Source: Trebonia sp. (GTDB lineage: Bacteria; Actinomycetota; Actinomycetes; Streptosporangiales; Streptosporangiaceae). Taken from it: a DNA stretch of 64,000 nucleotides. The stretch spans positions 569-64,568 of the forward strand of contig NZ_JASIAL010000203.1 of the NCBI RefSeq assembly GCF_030042015.1, in the 5' to 3' direction. Positions within the stretch are counted from its first letter, which is position 1. The number at the start of each line of letters is the position of its first letter. Of this stretch, positions 28,462 through 38,485 are shown in pieces. The notes below the pieces were generated by a model. That model was not told where the DNA came from, ran no database searches, and saw nothing but the letters and a program-made list of their open reading frames with translations. The translations under genes and the position numbers were made by a program.

Positions 28462-29200
28462 CGGCCCGGGTTCCCCACATGATCAGCCCGCCCCCCAGGC
28501 TCATCCGCCGGGTGCCCACGTCAGCGAACCCGGCCTGCTCCCACGCCCGGACGGTCCAGTCGACCGGGTAGCGCCGGTAGTGCCCGGCGATGTTCGGCCC
28601 GAGGAACCGCCCGACGCGCCACCAGGCCGGCCCGCCGGCCAGCAGCCCGGCCACGGGCAGCACCAGCCGGGTGTAGGCGACCCACGACGGGTGCCAGACC
28701 GGCCCGGCCGGGACGCAGAACTCCAGGCTGGCCATCACCCCGCCCGGCTTGACCACGCGGCCGAGCTCGGCCAGCGTGGCCTGCGGGTCGGTGACGTAGC
28801 GCAGCAGGTAGCTGAACGCGAGCGCGTCGAAGGTCGCGTCGGCGAACGGCAGCCGTTCCGCCTGCCCGCCAACGAGCACGATCCGCCCGGCGGCCGGGGA
28901 CGCCGCCACGTTCGCCGCCCCCCGCCGCAGCATCTGCTCGGTCAGGTCGACACCGACCACGGTCCCCCCCGTCCGCTTGGCCAGCTCGATGGCCACCCCC
29001 GCGGTCCCTGACGCGACATCGAGGATGAGCGGCCCGCGCACACCGCCCGCCGCTCCGTTCCCCACCCCCCGCGCGATCGCGGCGACCGTGGCGAGTCGCC
29101 ACTGTCCGTTCTGATGAAAGGAAAGAATTTCAGCGAGCCGGTCGTAACGAGCGGGCAGCGGCGAGAACAGGCTCCGCGCGAATCGGCTGGCTTCCGTCAT
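28454..29200 (-). CDS. Class I SAM-dependent methyltransferase (UbiE/MenG-like)
   Basis: RYDRLAEILSF, ILDVASGTAG, GVDLTEQML, AERLPFADATFD, RVVKPGG. Confidence 0.88.
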   Translation of the reverse strand: MTEASRFARSLFSPLPARYDRLAEILSFHQNGQWRLATVAAIARGVGNGAAGGVRGPLILDVASGTAGVAIELAKRTGGTVVGVDLTEQMLRRGAANVAASPAAGRIVLVGGQAERLPFADATFDALAFSYLLRYVTDPQATLAELGRVVKPGGVMASLEFCVPAGPVWHPSWVAYTRLVLPVAGLLAGGPAWWRVGRFLGPNIAGHYRRYPVDWTVRAWEQAGFADVGTRRMSLGGGLIMWGTRAGG

Positions 29201-29235
29201 GGCGGCTCCCGTAAGGTCGGGTTTCCCCCGTATGT

Positions 29236-29670
29236 CTACCCCGCGGGGAGCGCGGCACGGATTTTGGCCGCGTATTCTTCCGCCGGGTGCGCGGCGTCGT
29301 ACGGGTGCCGCGGGCCGAGCCAGAACCGCAGGCCGTCCTTGGGGTTGCGCGGGATCACGTGCATGTGCAGGTGCGGCACCGACTGGCTGACCACGTTGTT
29401 GACCAGGATCATCGTGCCCGCCGCGCCCAGCCCGTCTTCGATCGCCCGCTCCAGGCGCTGCGCGGTGATCAGGAATTCGCCTGCGTCCTGCGCGGGCAGG
29501 TCGGACAGCAGCCGCAGGTGCGCCCTGGGGACGAGCAGCGTGTGACCGCGGAACAGCGGCCGGTGGTCGAGGAACGCGAGCAGCCGCTCGGTTTCCAGGA
29601 TCCGCACCGCGTCCGCCTCGCCGCGGATGATCGCGCAGAAGGCGCACGTGTCTGCGGCGGAACCCGGCAT
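29236..29670 (-). CDS. HIT family nucleotide hydrolase
   Basis: CAFC, FLDHRPLFRGHTLLVP, QSVPHLHMHVIPR histidine triad. Confidence 0.93.
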   Translation of the reverse strand: MPGSAADTCAFCAIIRGEADAVRILETERLLAFLDHRPLFRGHTLLVPRAHLRLLSDLPAQDAGEFLITAQRLERAIEDGLGAAGTMILVNNVVSQSVPHLHMHVIPRNPKDGLRFWLGPRHPYDAAHPAEEYAAKIRAALPAG

Positions 29671-29714
29671 GAGCCCGCAGTCTAGCGGCCGTCATGCCAG
29701 CCGGCGCCGGCCGG

Positions 29715-30734
29715 TCAGAACGTGAACACCAGTCGCGCGGGGACCCGGCCGGCCAGCACCTCGCCGAAGCAGGCGTTGACGTCCGCGAGCTGCCTGGGCT
29801 CGGCGATGACCCGCGTCCGGCCCGCCGCGTGCAGCGCGAACACGTCGGCGAGGTCGTTGCGGGTGCCGACGATCGAGCCGATGATCGACTTCCCGCTGAG
29901 CACGGTGTCGAAGATCGAGAACGTCATCGTGTCGTCGGCGGGCAGCGCCACGCAGGCGAGCCTGCCGCCCCGCCGCAGCGACGCGTAGGCCTGCTCGAAC
30001 GACCGCTCGGCGGCCGCGGTGGCGACCGCGACGTCGGCGCCGCCGAGTTCGGCGATCGCCTTGACCGGGTCATCGGTCCTGGCGTTGATCGCGTAGTCCG
30101 CGCCGAGCTCCCTGGCCAGGTCGAGCTTGGCGTCCTCGACATCGACCGCGATCACGCGGGCGCCGAGCACTCGCGCGTACTGCAGCGCCAGGTGGCCGAG
30201 CCCGCCGATGCCGAAGACCGCCGCGGTCTCGCCTGGCTGCAGCCCGGCCACCTTGATGGCCTTGAACGTGGTGACGCCGGCGCAGGTGAGCGGCGCCGCC
30301 TCGAAGGACGAGATCGAGTCGGGGACGCTGACGACGTAGCGGTCGTCGGCGACCGCGTACTCGGCGTAGGCGCCGTCGACCGAGTAGCCGGTGTTGCGCT
30401 GCTCCTCGCACAGCGTCTCCCAGCCGCCGATGCAGTAATCGCAGTGCCCGCACGCGTACCCGAGCCAGGCGATCGCCACCCGGTCGCCGGCCTTGTGCAG
30501 GGTGACGCCTGGGCCGGTCGCGACCACCACGCCGACACCCTCGTGGCCGGGGACGAACGGCGGGTGCGGCTTGACCGGCCAGTCGCCGTGCGCCGCGTGG
30601 ATGTCGGTGTGACACAGGCCGGAGGCCTCCATCTTGACGAGCACCTGGCCCGGTCCTGGGTCGGGGACCTGGAGCTCGCGGATTACCAGGCTGGCACCGA
30701 GCTCAGGGACGACCGCTGCCTTCATCGTGGGCAT
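29715..30734 (-). CDS. adhP: Zinc-dependent alcohol dehydrogenase
   Basis: CHTD, GHEGVG, CGHCDYC...C structural Zn site, APLTCAGVT, GIGGLGH. Confidence 0.93.
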   Translation of the reverse strand: MPTMKAAVVPELGASLVIRELQVPDPGPGQVLVKMEASGLCHTDIHAAHGDWPVKPHPPFVPGHEGVGVVVATGPGVTLHKAGDRVAIAWLGYACGHCDYCIGGWETLCEEQRNTGYSVDGAYAEYAVADDRYVVSVPDSISSFEAAPLTCAGVTTFKAIKVAGLQPGETAAVFGIGGLGHLALQYARVLGARVIAVDVEDAKLDLARELGADYAINARTDDPVKAIAELGGADVAVATAAAERSFEQAYASLRRGGRLACVALPADDTMTFSIFDTVLSGKSIIGSIVGTRNDLADVFALHAAGRTRVIAEPRQLADVNACFGEVLAGRVPARLVFTF

Positions 30735-30951
30735 GTTCGCTCTCCTTGTGGCCGCGCGTGATACTTAGCATGTTGTAGTCCTGAGGCAACGGTCCGTGAC
30801 TATCGTCAGGCGGCCGTGCCCCCGCGGGCGAAGGTCCCGGGCGCTCCCCCTTACTGCCGCTGTTCCCCCGGGCCGGTCCGGTCACACCACAGGCTGCCGG
30901 GGAGATGGCCGGCGAGGTCGCCGGCGTGCGGCCTTGGGACGTTTCCTGCCG

Positions 30952-31731
30952 CTACTGCGACAGCGTCGTGTCCTGCGCCGCGACCTTGACGACAACGCCC
31001 TGGCTGTCCACAGCCACGCCCGTGATCTGCAGCCCCGCGGGCAGCTTCGGGACGTTGATCACGTAACCGGGGAGCGAGCCGATGAGCGAGGCGGCGATGC
31101 CGCTCAGGCCCGCCATCCGGACGGTGAGCTGGTTCGCCCCGGTCTGCACGATGTCCGCGGTGGCGGTGAGCGGGCCAAGGCTGACGTTCGCGGCGTTCGG
31201 CCCGGCGGCGGGGTCCGCGGTGATCGTGATGCCCTGCGCGCCCGCCGCGTTCTCCAGCGAGGCGAACGTGATCAACGCGGTGCCGGAGATGTGGTCGATC
31301 GTGACGCTGCTGAAGCCGGAGTTGAGGTGGACGCCGGTCGCCGTCGCGGTGATGCTCGAGATGTCCAGCTTGTCCGCCTGGACGTTACTCGCGCTGATGT
31401 CGATCGTCGCGATGTCGTGCTCGGCGACCTGGGTGAGGAAGGGGAACCCCTTGATCGTCACCGAGGGCCTGGCCGACAACCCCGACGACGCCTGGAGCTT
31501 TTCCGCGATTATGTTCTGCGCGTACGCGCGCGCGACCTGGTCGGCGACCACGAACGCCACCGCCAGCACGGCGAGCGTGACGATGAGCGCGATCCACCGC
31601 CGCCCCCGCCGCCGGCGCCGCGGGGCGCGCCCCGCGGCGCCGGCGTAGCCTGGCTGCTCTTGCGGGCGGGCGGTGTACCGGGGCGGCTGCGTCGGCCACC
31701 CGGCCTGCTGCTGCTTCGGGTACTCGCTCAC
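30952..31731 (-). CDS. DUF2993 / LmeA-like membrane-anchored protein
   Basis: RRRRRGRRW + TM helix + VADQVARAYAQ...PSVTIKGFPFLTQV. Confidence 0.8.
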   Translation of the reverse strand: MSEYPKQQQAGWPTQPPRYTARPQEQPGYAGAAGRAPRRRRRGRRWIALIVTLAVLAVAFVVADQVARAYAQNIIAEKLQASSGLSARPSVTIKGFPFLTQVAEHDIATIDISASNVQADKLDISSITATATGVHLNSGFSSVTIDHISGTALITFASLENAAGAQGITITADPAAGPNAANVSLGPLTATADIVQTGANQLTVRMAGLSGIAASLIGSLPGYVINVPKLPAGLQITGVAVDSQGVVVKVAAQDTTLSQ

Positions 31732-31820
31732 CTAAGCCCCTCTCGCCGCTGCGCTCCACCATCGTTTATACCGGCGGACAGGGACTACCCGGGGCCGTGC
31801 CAGCATCACGGCCCCGATGA

Positions 31821-33035
31821 TCAGGATGAGCTCGGCTGGGTCAGCGGGACGTTGTTGGCCGCCACCGACACCGTCAGCCCTTGCGGCGTCACGGCGAGGT
31901 GGGTGATCTGCAAGCCCTCAGGGAGCTTGGGAATGCTGAACGAGAACGGGCCAAGCGAGCTGAGCAGTCCGCCGAGCAGGCTTCCGCTGTTTACCACCTG
32001 AACGCTGATCGTGCTCGGCCCCGTCTGGGTGACGGTCGCCACCTCGGTGTCGCTGAGCGGCCCGATGCCGGCGGTGATCTTCACCTGGTCCGGCCCGTCC
32101 TGGGACAGGGTGATCCCGGTCCCCGTCCCGGCGCCGAAGCCGTCGGCCAGGTCCGCGAACGACACGAACGCCGTGCCGCTGACGTGGCTGGCCGTCCCGC
32201 CGTTGAACGACGAGTTGATGTGCAGGCCGGTCACCGTGGCCTTGATGCTGGTGATGTTCACCGGCCCGGCCGGGACCTCGCTCGCCGAGATGTCGACCTG
32301 GCGCAGGTCGTGCGCGATCAGCTGGGTGAGGAACGGGAAGCCCGTGATGTCGACCGACGGCTTGACGGGGAAGCCGTTCTTCACGAACTGATCGGCCATC
32401 TCGTTCTCGGCGACCGCGTTGGCCACCCGGTCGCCGATCACCAGCAGGATCAGCACCACGATCAGGGTGAACAGGGCCATCACCCAGCGCCGGCCGCGGT
32501 GCCGGCGCCGTGGCCGGCCGTCCGGATAGCCCGCCTGCCCGCGGCGCCCTTGCGGCAGCTGCCCGCCGGGCATCGCGCCGGGTCCCGGCTGCGGCGGCCA
32601 GCCAGGTTGCGACGGGTACTGCTGCGGCGGGTACTGCTGCGGCGGCCAGTCGCCCGGCGGGGGAGCCTGTCCCACCCCGGCGGGCTGCCCGGGCTGCCCG
32701 GGCTGGTCCGGCCAGCCCCCCGGCTGGAACCCCTGCGGTGCCTGCTGGGCTGGCTGGTCGCCCCATCCTGGCTGCTGGGCTGGCTGGTCGCCCCATCCTG
32801 GCTGCTGGCCTGGCTGCTCCGCCTCGGCGGCCTGGGCGGCCGGCTCAGCCGGGGTGAACGTCGGCGCAGCCGGAGTGAAAGACGGCCGCGGCGGCGGTGG
32901 CGGGGGCCAGTCATCCTGCCGCGGCTGTATCGGCCGGGTCGGCGGCGCCGACCCAGGGGGAAGTTCCGGCTCTTCAGCGGAGTCGGAACCGGCCGACGCC
33001 GGCGGAGTCGCCGACTGGCTCGGGTCTACGCTCAT
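31821..33035 (-). CDS. DUF2993 / LmeA-like protein with Pro/Gln-rich N-terminus
   Basis: Low-complexity N-terminus, TM helix, GDRVANAVAE...PSVDITGFPFLTQL; paralog of the downstream gene. Confidence 0.8.
   Translation of the reverse strand: MSVDPSQSATPPASAGSDSAEEPELPPGSAPPTRPIQPRQDDWPPPPPPRPSFTPAAPTFTPAEPAAQAAEAEQPGQQPGWGDQPAQQPGWGDQPAQQAPQGFQPGGWPDQPGQPGQPAGVGQAPPPGDWPPQQYPPQQYPSQPGWPPQPGPGAMPGGQLPQGRRGQAGYPDGRPRRRHRGRRWVMALFTLIVVLILLVIGDRVANAVAENEMADQFVKNGFPVKPSVDITGFPFLTQLIAHDLRQVDISASEVPAGPVNITSIKATVTGLHINSSFNGGTASHVSGTAFVSFADLADGFGAGTGTGITLSQDGPDQVKITAGIGPLSDTEVATVTQTGPSTISVQVVNSGSLLGGLLSSLGPFSFSIPKLPEGLQITHLAVTPQGLTVSVAANNVPLTQPSSS
32742..32807. repeat. 27-bp coding tandem repeat (QQPGWGDQPA-like unit, 2+ copies)
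   Basis: CTGCTGGGCTGGCTGGTCGCCCCATCCTGG-type unit repeated inside the DUF2993 gene. Confidence 0.6.
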
Positions 33036-33382
33036 TTTCAGCCCCCAGATCTTGTCAACTGCCGCCGCATTCGCGTATCGATTGATATCGACGTCCCGAT
33101 TTAAACGTCTCCCTCGCAGTTATAGTTCACCAGATTCCGGATTTCACGCCCGAGCCCTAGACTCAAGGGGATACGGCAACCCCATGCCCCCCGAGCGATC
33201 GCAACACGGCTGTAAACGGCGCAAGGTGACCGCAACCGGATGACGAAGCCGGCCGCCCTCGACGCGGTCGGCGACGGTGCCGGACTAACACGACGGCGAG
33301 CTGGCGCACAGCCAGCACACCAAGAATACGAAGCAAACGCAACCAAACAACGGGGCGTAACGAGCGGGAGGGGAATCCGGCG

Positions 33383-35761
33383 GTGGGTAATCAGGTGGCA
33401 CCGCTGCTGGTACGGACAAGGCGCTCTGATCACCGGCTTGACAGCGGGACAGAATACCGGATTGGGCGTGATCCCGCGGCTGACATCGTGCTGACCGACT
33501 CGCGGGTGTCCTGGCGGCATGCGGTCTTGCGAACGGATGGCCAGTCCTGGGTGCTCGAGGACCTCGGCAGCACCAACGGAACCTTCGTCGGCGCCGAGCG
33601 CACCGACCGAGTCGACATCCGGTCCAACTGCGTGGTAAGGCTCGGCAACCCCGACGACGGGCCGGTGCTGAGGTTCGAGCCGCAACTGCCCCCGGAGCCC
33701 CCGCCGCCGCGGCCGGCGGCGGTACCGGCGAACCTCGACCACCTGCCGAGCGTGGACCGGCGGCCCACCGCCCGCCTCCCGCTGCCCGCCAAGGTCATGA
33801 GCATCGGCCGCACCCCGGACAACGACCTGGTCGTCTCCGACCTTGGCGTGTCGAGAAAGCACGCCGAGCTCAGGAAGTCCCCAACCGGCCGGTACCAGAT
33901 CGTCGACCTGGGCAGCCACAACGGCACGTACGTCAACGGCGCCCGCGTCGACGCGGCCGAAGTCAGCGAGCAAGACATCATCAGCATCGGCCACGCCACG
34001 TTCCGGCTGGCCGGCGGCGAGCTGCGGGAGTATGTCGACGACGGCAACGTCACCTTCGAGGCACGCGACCTCCTCGTCCGTGTGACCGACGGCGGGAAGG
34101 CGAAGATCCTGCTGCAGGGCGTCACGTTCCCGCTGCCCGAGCGTTCCTTCCTCGCGGTCATCGGCCCCGCGGGAGCCGGCAAGACCACGCTGCTCAACGC
34201 GCTGACCGGGAAGAAGTCGGCGAGCGAGGGCGTCGTGCTCTACGACAACCGTGACCTGTACAAGAGCTACGACGAGCTGCGGCACCGGATCGGGCTGGTG
34301 CCGCAGCAGAGCGTCACGCACGACCAGCTCAGCGCGAGGGCGGCGTTTGGCTACGCCGCCGAGCTCCGCTTCCCATCCGATACGGGGGCAGGCGAACGGC
34401 GCCAGCGCGTCGAGGAGGTGCTCGCCGAGCTTGAGATGACCCAGCATGGGGACACCCGGGTCGACCGTCTTTCCGGCGGCCAGAACAAGCGGGTCAACAT
34501 CGGCCTTGAGCTGCTGACCAGGCCGAGCCTGCTCTTCCTCGACGAGCCGACCTCGCCGCTTGATCCGCACCTGAAGCGCGAGCTCATGGAGCGGATGCGC
34601 AAGATGGCGGAAAGGACGGCGGAAAAGGGCCAGACGGTCGTCGTGATCACGCACGACGTAGAGGCGAAGCTGCTCGACCTGTGCGACCGGCTCCTCGTGC
34701 TGGCCCCAGGCGGGACGATGGCGTACTTCGGGCCGCCGCAGGAGGGCCTGAAGTACTTCGGGAAGTCCGACTGGGCGGACGTCTTCAAGGACTTCTCTGA
34801 CGATCCGCGGCGCGACTGGATGGGGGAGTTCAGGAGTTCCAAGGACTACGCCGGGTACGTGGAAGCGCCGCTGAGCGTCCGCCCGCCGCAGGCGCTGCCG
34901 CCTGGGGCGCAGCAGCGAGGGGAGGCGGCGCCGTCGCACCAGCGCGGTCGCGTGAAGCAGGCGTCCACGCTGGCGCGGCGCTACGCCCGGGTGATGTCGG
35001 TCGACCGCGGCTACCTGATGTTCACGGCCCTGCTGCCGCTGATCCTCGGAGTGCTTGTCCGGGCGACGTCCGGCGGCGGTCTCGGCGCCGGCGGACCGCA
35101 CGGTAACGCCAGCGCGCAGCTGGCGCTGCTGATCATGGTGATGGCCGCCTGCCTGTCCGGCATGGCGAACTCGGTCCGCGAGATCGTCAAGGAACGCGAG
35201 ATATTCGAGCGGGAACGCATGACGGGGCTCTCCGCCGGCGCGTACCTGGCCTCGAAGGTGCTCGTCCTGGGCCTGGTCAGCGTGATCCAGACGGTGCTCA
35301 TCGTCGTCATCGGGCTCGCCGGCAAGGGCATGCCGCCGCACGGCGCGGCGATCGGGCCGGCGTTCCTTGAGATACTGGTCGCGGTCGCCGTGCTCTGCCT
35401 GGTCTCGATGCTCGTCGGCCTCGCTGTGTCCGCGCTGGTCACCAAGTCCGAGCAGACGATGCCGGCGCTGGTGGTGGTCACCATGGTCCAGGTGGTGCTC
35501 TCCGGAGGCGTGATCGCGCTAGGCGGCATCGCGGGCTACTTCTCCGACATCGCCCCCGCCCGCTGGGGCCTGGCCGCGCTCGCCTCAACGGTCGACCTGA
35601 ACAGGATCAACCCGCCGGGCAGCCATCCCTTCGACGCGCTGTGGACCCACTCCGCCAGCCAGTGGCTGACCGACATGGTCTGTCTGCTCGCCATCGGCGT
35701 GATCTCCCTGGGCGTGGCCCAGTGGCGGCTGGCCAAGACCGGCCCGGGGCGCCGTAAGTAG
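33383..35761 (+). CDS. FHA-FHA-ABC ATPase-permease fusion (Rv1747-like)
   Basis: Two FHA domains (IGR...VSWRHA...STNGT; IGR...VSRKHA...SHNGT), GPAGAGKT, LSGGQ, FLDEPT, C-terminal ABC-2 membrane domain. Confidence 0.93.
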   Translation: MGNQVAPLLVRTRRSDHRLDSGTEYRIGRDPAADIVLTDSRVSWRHAVLRTDGQSWVLEDLGSTNGTFVGAERTDRVDIRSNCVVRLGNPDDGPVLRFEPQLPPEPPPPRPAAVPANLDHLPSVDRRPTARLPLPAKVMSIGRTPDNDLVVSDLGVSRKHAELRKSPTGRYQIVDLGSHNGTYVNGARVDAAEVSEQDIISIGHATFRLAGGELREYVDDGNVTFEARDLLVRVTDGGKAKILLQGVTFPLPERSFLAVIGPAGAGKTTLLNALTGKKSASEGVVLYDNRDLYKSYDELRHRIGLVPQQSVTHDQLSARAAFGYAAELRFPSDTGAGERRQRVEEVLAELEMTQHGDTRVDRLSGGQNKRVNIGLELLTRPSLLFLDEPTSPLDPHLKRELMERMRKMAERTAEKGQTVVVITHDVEAKLLDLCDRLLVLAPGGTMAYFGPPQEGLKYFGKSDWADVFKDFSDDPRRDWMGEFRSSKDYAGYVEAPLSVRPPQALPPGAQQRGEAAPSHQRGRVKQASTLARRYARVMSVDRGYLMFTALLPLILGVLVRATSGGGLGAGGPHGNASAQLALLIMVMAACLSGMANSVREIVKEREIFERERMTGLSAGAYLASKVLVLGLVSVIQTVLIVVIGLAGKGMPPHGAAIGPAFLEILVAVAVLCLVSMLVGLAVSALVTKSEQTMPALVVVTMVQVVLSGGVIALGGIAGYFSDIAPARWGLAALASTVDLNRINPPGSHPFDALWTHSASQWLTDMVCLLAIGVISLGVAQWRLAKTGPGRRK

Positions 35762-35841
35762 GCTGGGCTGCCCCCCTGCCAGTCCGGCGCGCCTTGCCCA
35801 GGCTGGGAACACGCCCGCCCGGCCGGGTCTTGTACTAGTCC

Positions 35842-37263
35842 GTGAGCGTATCGGTCCCGCCCAGGCTGGTCGTCAGCGCCGTGTTCGTCGCGTCGATGTT
35901 CATGAACATCATGGACGCCACCGTGGTGAACGTGGCACTGCCCACGCTGAGCCGGCACTTCGCCGTGCCGGTGGCGTCGGTGAGCGGGGTGGTGAGCGCG
36001 TACCTGGTGACCCTGGCCGTGGCGATGCCCGCGTCCGGCTGGATCGGGGACCGATTCGGCGCCAGGCGCGTGATGCTCGTCGCGATCGGCCTGTTCACCG
36101 CCGCGTCCGCCCTGTGCGGGGTGGCGACGTCGCTGCCTGAGCTCATCGCGTTCCGCGCGGTCCAGGGGTTCGGCGGCGGGCTGCTCATCCCGGTGGGGAT
36201 GGCGATGCTGTTCCGCACGTTCCCGCCGGCCGAGCGGATCCGGGCGAACCGGCTGCTGATAGTGCCCACACTGATGGCGCCGGCGCTGGGACCGGTGATC
36301 GGCGGGCTGCTTGTGGACGGTCTGTCCTGGCGGTGGATCTTCTACATCAACCTGCCGGTCGGAGTCGCGGCGCTGGTATTCGGCGCCCTGTTCATGCCGG
36401 GCGGCTCCGAGCACCGGCCTGGCCGGTTCGACCTGCCGGGCTTCCTGCTGGCCGGGTTCGGCTTCCCGCTGTTCATGTTCGGCCTGTCGACGGGCGCGTC
36501 GTCCGGCTGGGGATCGCCGTCGGTGCTCGGCACGGGCGTAGCCGGGGCGCTGCTGCTCGTGCTGTTCGTGCTCGTCGAGCTGCGGGTCGGCGAGCCGATG
36601 CTGCGGCTGCGGATTTACTCCGATCGCCTGTTCCGGGTCACGAACCTGCAGCTGACGTTCGCCGGCGCGGGGTTCGTCGGCACGCTGTTCCTCGTGCCGC
36701 TGTTCTTGCAGAACGGCCTGGGGTTCAGCGCCCTGCACTCGGGCCTGTCGACGTTCCCCGAGGCGCTCGGCGGGATGGCGGGCGTGCAGGTGACCACCCG
36801 GCTGTACAAGCGGGTGGGGCCGCGGCGGCTGATGGTCGCCGGGATGTGCGGCACCGTGGTGACCATCGCCGGGATGGGGTTCGCGGGCCCGGGCGACGCG
36901 GCGTGGCTGATCCCCGTGCTGATGTTCTGCACGGGGTGCTCGTTCGGGTTCGCGATGTCGCCGTCGCAGGCGGCGGGCATGGCCACCGTGTCGGCGGCGC
37001 AGACCGGGCAGGCGTCGACGCTCCTGAACACCCTGCGGCAGGCCGGGGGAGCGGCCGGGGTCGCGCTGCTGGCCACCGTGCTCGGCGCCACCCGGCCGGG
37101 ACCTGTCGACCTGGCCGGCTACCGGATGGCGTTCGCCGCCGCGGCGTGCCTGATGGCTTTCGGCGTGCTGTTCTCTGCCCTGGTCCATGACGCCGACGCC
37201 GCGCCGACGATGGCGGACGGTCCGGGGGACCTCGGCGGCCAGCCGGTCCCCGAGGCGGCCTGA
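35842..37263 (+). CDS. DHA2 (EmrB/QacA) MFS transporter
   Basis: MDATVVNVALP, GWIGDRFGARR, APALGPVIGG, WRWIFYINLPVG. Confidence 0.92.
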   Translation: MSVSVPPRLVVSAVFVASMFMNIMDATVVNVALPTLSRHFAVPVASVSGVVSAYLVTLAVAMPASGWIGDRFGARRVMLVAIGLFTAASALCGVATSLPELIAFRAVQGFGGGLLIPVGMAMLFRTFPPAERIRANRLLIVPTLMAPALGPVIGGLLVDGLSWRWIFYINLPVGVAALVFGALFMPGGSEHRPGRFDLPGFLLAGFGFPLFMFGLSTGASSGWGSPSVLGTGVAGALLLVLFVLVELRVGEPMLRLRIYSDRLFRVTNLQLTFAGAGFVGTLFLVPLFLQNGLGFSALHSGLSTFPEALGGMAGVQVTTRLYKRVGPRRLMVAGMCGTVVTIAGMGFAGPGDAAWLIPVLMFCTGCSFGFAMSPSQAAGMATVSAAQTGQASTLLNTLRQAGGAAGVALLATVLGATRPGPVDLAGYRMAFAAAACLMAFGVLFSALVHDADAAPTMADGPGDLGGQPVPEAA

Positions 37264-37288
37264 CCGTGGCTGCGGCTACCCTGACGCC

Positions 37289-38443
37289 GTGACTACAGCC
37301 GACGGTTCCGCTCTTTCCCTCGCGCTCGCGCGCGCCATGCTCAGCCGGTTCCCGCTCATCGACGGGCACAACGACCTGCCGTGGGAGCTGCGGGAGAAGT
37401 TTGGCGGCGACGTTGGGGCCGTCGACCTGACGGCGGTGGTCGCCGGAACGCACACCGACATCCCGAGGCTGGTCGCCGGCGGGGTGGGCGGCCAGTTCTG
37501 GTCGGTCTTCGTGCCGGCCCGGCTAGCCGGCGAGGCGGCGGTGATCGCCGTGCTTGAGCAGGTCGACCTGGTGCACCGCCTCGTGCGGCGTTACCCGTCC
37601 CGCTTCGAGCTGGCCACGACCGCGGACGACGTGGCGAGGGCGTTCGCCGCGGGGCGGATCGCCTCGCTGCTCGGAGCCGAGGGCGGGCACTCGATCGGCG
37701 GGTCGCTTGGCGTGCTCCGCTCGCTGTACGCGCTCGGCGTGCGGTACCTGACGCTGACGCACAACTCGAGCGTCGGCTGGGCGTCCTCGGCCACCGACGA
37801 CGTCGTCCCTGGCGGCCTGACCGACTTCGGCCGCGAGGTCGTCAGACAGATGCAGCGGCTGGGAATGCTTGTCGACCTGTCGCACGTCGCGCCCGTCACG
37901 ATGCACGCCGCCCTGGACGTGGCCCGGGCGCCGGTGATCTTCTCGCACTCCTCGGCGCTCGCGCTCTGTGACAATCCGCGCAACGTGCCCGACGAGGTCC
38001 TGCTGCGACTGGCGGTCAACGGCGGCGTGTGCATGGTCACGTTCGTGCCGTTCTTCGTCTCGCAGGAGTGCAACGACTGGTTTGGCGGCCTGCGCGCCGA
38101 GGTGGCCGCACGGGGGCTCGACCCGAGAGACCTGTCGGCCGTCTACGCGGTCAAGGGCGACTGGGCGGCGGCGCACCCGGAGCCCGCCGCGACCCTGGCC
38201 CAGGTAGCCGACCACGTGGAGCACGTGCGGTCGGTCGCCGGAATCGAGCACGTCGGCCTGGGCGGCGACTTCGACGGCACCCCGAACCTCCCGGCCGGCC
38301 TGCACGACGTCTCCCGCTACCCCGCCCTGTTCGCCGAACTGCTCCGCCGCCGCTGGTCCGAAGCCGACTGCGAGGCCCTCGCCGGCGGCAACATCCTGCG
38401 GGTCCTGCGCGCGGCGGAGTCATTCGCCGCCGCGGACGAGTGA
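37289..38443 (+). CDS. Membrane dipeptidase (peptidase M19)
   Basis: IDGHNDLPW, QFWS, GAEGGH, YLTLTHN, VDLSH, FSHS, RNVPD, GGDFDG; start approximate. Confidence 0.92.
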   Translation: MTTADGSALSLALARAMLSRFPLIDGHNDLPWELREKFGGDVGAVDLTAVVAGTHTDIPRLVAGGVGGQFWSVFVPARLAGEAAVIAVLEQVDLVHRLVRRYPSRFELATTADDVARAFAAGRIASLLGAEGGHSIGGSLGVLRSLYALGVRYLTLTHNSSVGWASSATDDVVPGGLTDFGREVVRQMQRLGMLVDLSHVAPVTMHAALDVARAPVIFSHSSALALCDNPRNVPDEVLLRLAVNGGVCMVTFVPFFVSQECNDWFGGLRAEVAARGLDPRDLSAVYAVKGDWAAAHPEPAATLAQVADHVEHVRSVAGIEHVGLGGDFDGTPNLPAGLHDVSRYPALFAELLRRRWSEADCEALAGGNILRVLRAAESFAAADE

Positions 38444-38485
38444 GCCGCGCCCCGGGGGGCGCGCTAGCCCGCGCGCTAGCCGTCG

